A program made the translations under genes and the position numbers. From positions 1 to 27,387 of the IMG/VR virus record IMGVR_UViG_3300037313_001273: a stretch of DNA of 27,387 bases. One strand, given 5' to 3'. Every line of letters starts with the position of its first letter. Position 1 is the stretch's first letter. The notes beneath the pieces are model-generated. The model ran no database searches and was not told where the DNA came from. It saw nothing but the letters and a program-made list of their open reading frames with translations. This DNA is from a virus (lineage: Duplodnaviria > Caudoviricetes). Shown here one piece after another: positions 24,921-27,387 of the stretch.

Positions 24921-25250
24921 ATGCCCTTTGATCTCAAGCCTTTCCTGTTCGAAACCAAGGTCGCGCTCGACAAGAAGTTCACCCTTCATCTCGCGATCGA
25001 CGTCGCGTTCATCGACAAGCTTGAGACGCTTCTCGGCCGCGGCATGGAGGAGATCATCGGCGATGCGATGTCGTCGGCCTCGACCATGACGAAGCTCATG
25101 TGGTCCGCGACGCGCAAGCATCATTCTGACCTGACGATGGATCAGGTCGCCGGCATTCAATATTCGCCGAAGCACGGGCCGAAGGTAATGACGGCGCTCG
25201 GGGACTTGGTGCGGAAGGCGTTCAACGTCTCGGAAAGCGCTGATGGCTAG
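24921..25250 (+). CDS. Second, G-only tail assembly chaperone paralogue
   Basis: Aligns with the N-terminal part of 23515..24201; AGAGGA RBS; directly before the tape measure gene. Confidence 0.72.
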   Translation: MPFDLKPFLFETKVALDKKFTLHLAIDVAFIDKLETLLGRGMEEIIGDAMSSASTMTKLMWSATRKHHSDLTMDQVAGIQYSPKHGPKVMTALGDLVRKAFNVSESADG

Positions 25251-27387
25251 TTCGCTGATCGGCGCACTTCGCGTTGCGCTCGGCCTGGACACGGCGCAGT
25301 TCGAAGCCGGCGCGCAGAAGGCGCGGCAGCGGGCGCGTTCGCTCAACAACGACCTGACGAACTCGTTCAACGGCGCGAAGCGGGCCGTCGAAGGGCTGTT
25401 CGCCGCGTTCACGGTCGGGCTGCTGACCGAGCAGATCAAGAAGAGCCTCGATTACGCTGGAAGCCTTGCCGAGGTCAGCCGAACCCTCGGCGTGACGACC
25501 AAGGACTTGCAGACGTTCCGCTTCGCCGCGTCACAGTCCGGCGTTGCGCAGGATCAGCTGGAAGTGGGGCTGCGGCGGCTCACCGTCAGCATGGGCAAGG
25601 CCGAGCTTGGTTCGAAGCAGCAGGCCAAGGCTTTTCAGGCCATCGGCATCAGCCTCGACCAGCTGAAGGGCAAGAATACCGGCGACGTCTTCCGCTTGAT
25701 GGCGGATGGGCTCAGCAAAGTCACTGATCGGTCGCAGCGTGCGGCGATCGAGATGACGCTGATGGGCCGGTCGGGCTCGACGCTCGACAATCTGCTCGCT
25801 CCCGGCGCGGCACGCTTGAATGAACTTGCCGAAGCGGCCCAGCGGCTCGGCATCGTGCTTTCGGATCAGCAAATCCAGGGTGCCGAGGAGACTGCGCACA
25901 AGCTTGCGGCGGTCAAGGAGGTGCTGGCCGCCCAGATCGCCGGCGTCGTTGCCAACAACGCCCAAGCCATCCTTTCGCTTTCGAGCGCGTTGGCGACACT
26001 GACGGGCGAGATTGTTCGTTTCCTTGGCAGCAATCCGCAGCTCGCGTTGGGCATCATTGGTGCACTGCTGGGCGGCGGCGTCGGCGGTCTTCCGGGTGCA
26101 GCGGTCGGCGCGGTGGCGGGCGGACTAGCCGGCGCCAAGCTCGCGCAAATCGGCGAAGATTCGAATACCGACTTGGCCTTCCGCAGCCAAAAGCTGCGCG
26201 AGGCGCTCGGCCGCTATCGCAACGCGCAAGGCGCACCGGGAAGCGCGGTTCTTCCCGGCGTCGGCGTTGATGTAGGCTCTGATGCGGCGAAGAGGGAGGT
26301 CATAAAGCAGACGGCGCTGCTTCGTCAGGCCACCGCTCAGCACGCTGCGGCGCGTGCTGGTGCCGGTCAAGCAACAGGCGCTAACTTGCCGCAATTCTTA
26401 GGCGGAGGCGGCGGCGGCGGTGGTAGTCGCGGTGGAAGAGCGCGCACGCCTCGCGACAACAATGAGCGCGACGAGTTCGAATTCGCCCAGCAGATGCGCG
26501 AGCAGGATTTGCAAATCCTTGATGCAAAGAAATCGCTCAGCCACGACTATGTCGAGCAGACGACGCTTTCTATCCAGATGCTGGATGTTCAGAAGGCCAT
26601 CGTCGATGCCGAGATCGATCACAAGGTCGCGCAGGCACAGCGCGACTACGCCGATGGCAGGATCACGAAGGCGACGCTCGACGAGATCACCGCCGAAGCC
26701 GCCATTGCCCATGCGAAGGAAAACGAGCTCGACCATCTGAAACGTCAGGCCGTCCTCGATGCCGAGGCCGAGCAGCGCGCCAAGGACACGGCGCACTTCG
26801 TCGATCTCGGCTACGAGCTCCAAAAACAGAGGCTGCAGGCGGAAGCGAGCCTCGCCGAAACGGCAAGCGAGCGCCGAGATGCGGAATTGCGGCTGCTTGA
26901 TCTTACCTATGCGCAGGAGCGCGCCCGGCAGGAGGCAATTCTCGCCGACCAGCAGTCGACCGATGCCGAGAAGGAAGAGGCTCGCCGTCGCCTCTTGGCG
27001 CTGAAGGGCCAATACGGCCCTGATCGTGCGGGCGTGATCCAGCAGACGCGCGGCCCGCTCGAGCAGTATCTCGCTAGCCTGCCGACCACAGCTGCAAAGT
27101 GGACCGAGGCGCTGCAGCAGGTCGCGGTCGATGGCTTTGGCGAGATTTCAAGCGCGGCCGACACGCTGGCGGGCAAGATCGTCAAGGTCGGCGGCATCTT
27201 CGGCAGCGTCACCCGGACGATTTTGGCCGATCTGCTCAAGATCGAGCTTCAGAAGATGGTCATCGCGCCCCTGGCGAACGCGCTCAGCGGGCTGTTCGGC
27301 GGGGGCGGCGGCTACAATTTCAGCGGTCTCGACGAAGGCGCGGTCTCCGCAATCACCTCGTACACGCCGCTCAAGTTTGCTGGTGGC
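25243..27387 (+). CDS. Tail tape measure protein (3'-truncated by the window; absent from the ORF track)
   Basis: MASSLIGALRVALGLDTAQFEAG start; long Ala/Gln/Leu-rich helical frame ending ..KFAGG at the window edge. Confidence 0.92.
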   Translation, partial: MASSLIGALRVALGLDTAQFEAGAQKARQRARSLNNDLTNSFNGAKRAVEGLFAAFTVGLLTEQIKKSLDYAGSLAEVSRTLGVTTKDLQTFRFAASQSGVAQDQLEVGLRRLTVSMGKAELGSKQQAKAFQAIGISLDQLKGKNTGDVFRLMADGLSKVTDRSQRAAIEMTLMGRSGSTLDNLLAPGAARLNELAEAAQRLGIVLSDQQIQGAEETAHKLAAVKEVLAAQIAGVVANNAQAILSLSSALATLTGEIVRFLGSNPQLALGIIGALLGGGVGGLPGAAVGAVAGGLAGAKLAQIGEDSNTDLAFRSQKLREALGRYRNAQGAPGSAVLPGVGVDVGSDAAKREVIKQTALLRQATAQHAAARAGAGQATGANLPQFLGGGGGGGGSRGGRARTPRDNNERDEFEFAQQMREQDLQILDAKKSLSHDYVEQTTLSIQMLDVQKAIVDAEIDHKVAQAQRDYADGRITKATLDEITAEAAIAHAKENELDHLKRQAVLDAEAEQRAKDTAHFVDLGYELQKQRLQAEASLAETASERRDAELRLLDLTYAQERARQEAILADQQSTDAEKEEARRRLLALKGQYGPDRAGVIQQTRGPLEQYLASLPTTAAKWTEALQQVAVDGFGEISSAADTLAGKIVKVGGIFGSVTRTILADLLKIELQKMVIAPLANALSGLFGGGGGYNFSGLDEGAVSAITSYTPLKFAGG

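Larger units (their letters stand above)
1..27387. mobile_element. Temperate siphovirus / prophage segment (immunity, replication, packaging, head and tail modules)
   Basis: Contiguous lambdoid gene order cI/cro - replication - antiterminator - HNH - terS/terL - protease - capsid - portal - neck - tail tube - tape measure; no host housekeeping genes. Confidence 0.97.

Noticed and set aside
25225-25250. Possible frameshift from the second chaperone into the tape measure gene
   Set aside because: The tape measure is in the +1 frame; a -1 shift meets TGA almost at once; the tape measure has its own ATG
1-27387. tRNA, CRISPR array, DGR, IS element, integrase/att, lysis cassette
   Set aside because: No cloverleaf, repeat-spacer array, reverse transcriptase, transposase, integrase or endolysin motifs found by eye; integrase and lysis genes probably lie outside the window

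Overview
The window is a continuous stretch of a GC-rich temperate siphovirus or prophage with a lambdoid layout and an HK97-type head. The GapR-like domain and overall gene content suggest an alphaproteobacterial host (inference). From left to right: the start of a leftward early operon; the cI/cro switch flanked by two mirrored operator pairs; a CII-like gene; early and replication genes (GIY-YIG::GapR fusion, RusA-like resolvase, DNA methyltransferase, T5orf172 nuclease, DUF1376 initiator with 11-bp iterons); a NusG-like antiterminator followed by a structured leader; GIY-YIG and HNH nucleases; terS-terL-protease-capsid; a translationally coupled enzyme cassette (two SAM methyltransferases, a ParB/Srx-fold protein, a glycosyltransferase) between capsid and portal; fibre and neck genes; tail genes; and a tape measure gene running off the right edge. 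The two most interesting signals are (1) a candidate virion-glycosylation system, where five virion proteins including capsid and tail tube end in Ser, and (2) tail assembly chaperones G and GT apparently encoded by two paralogous genes instead of one programmed frameshift. All calls come from motif recognition by eye; no searches were run. No tRNA, rRNA, CRISPR array, integrase or lysis genes were seen.
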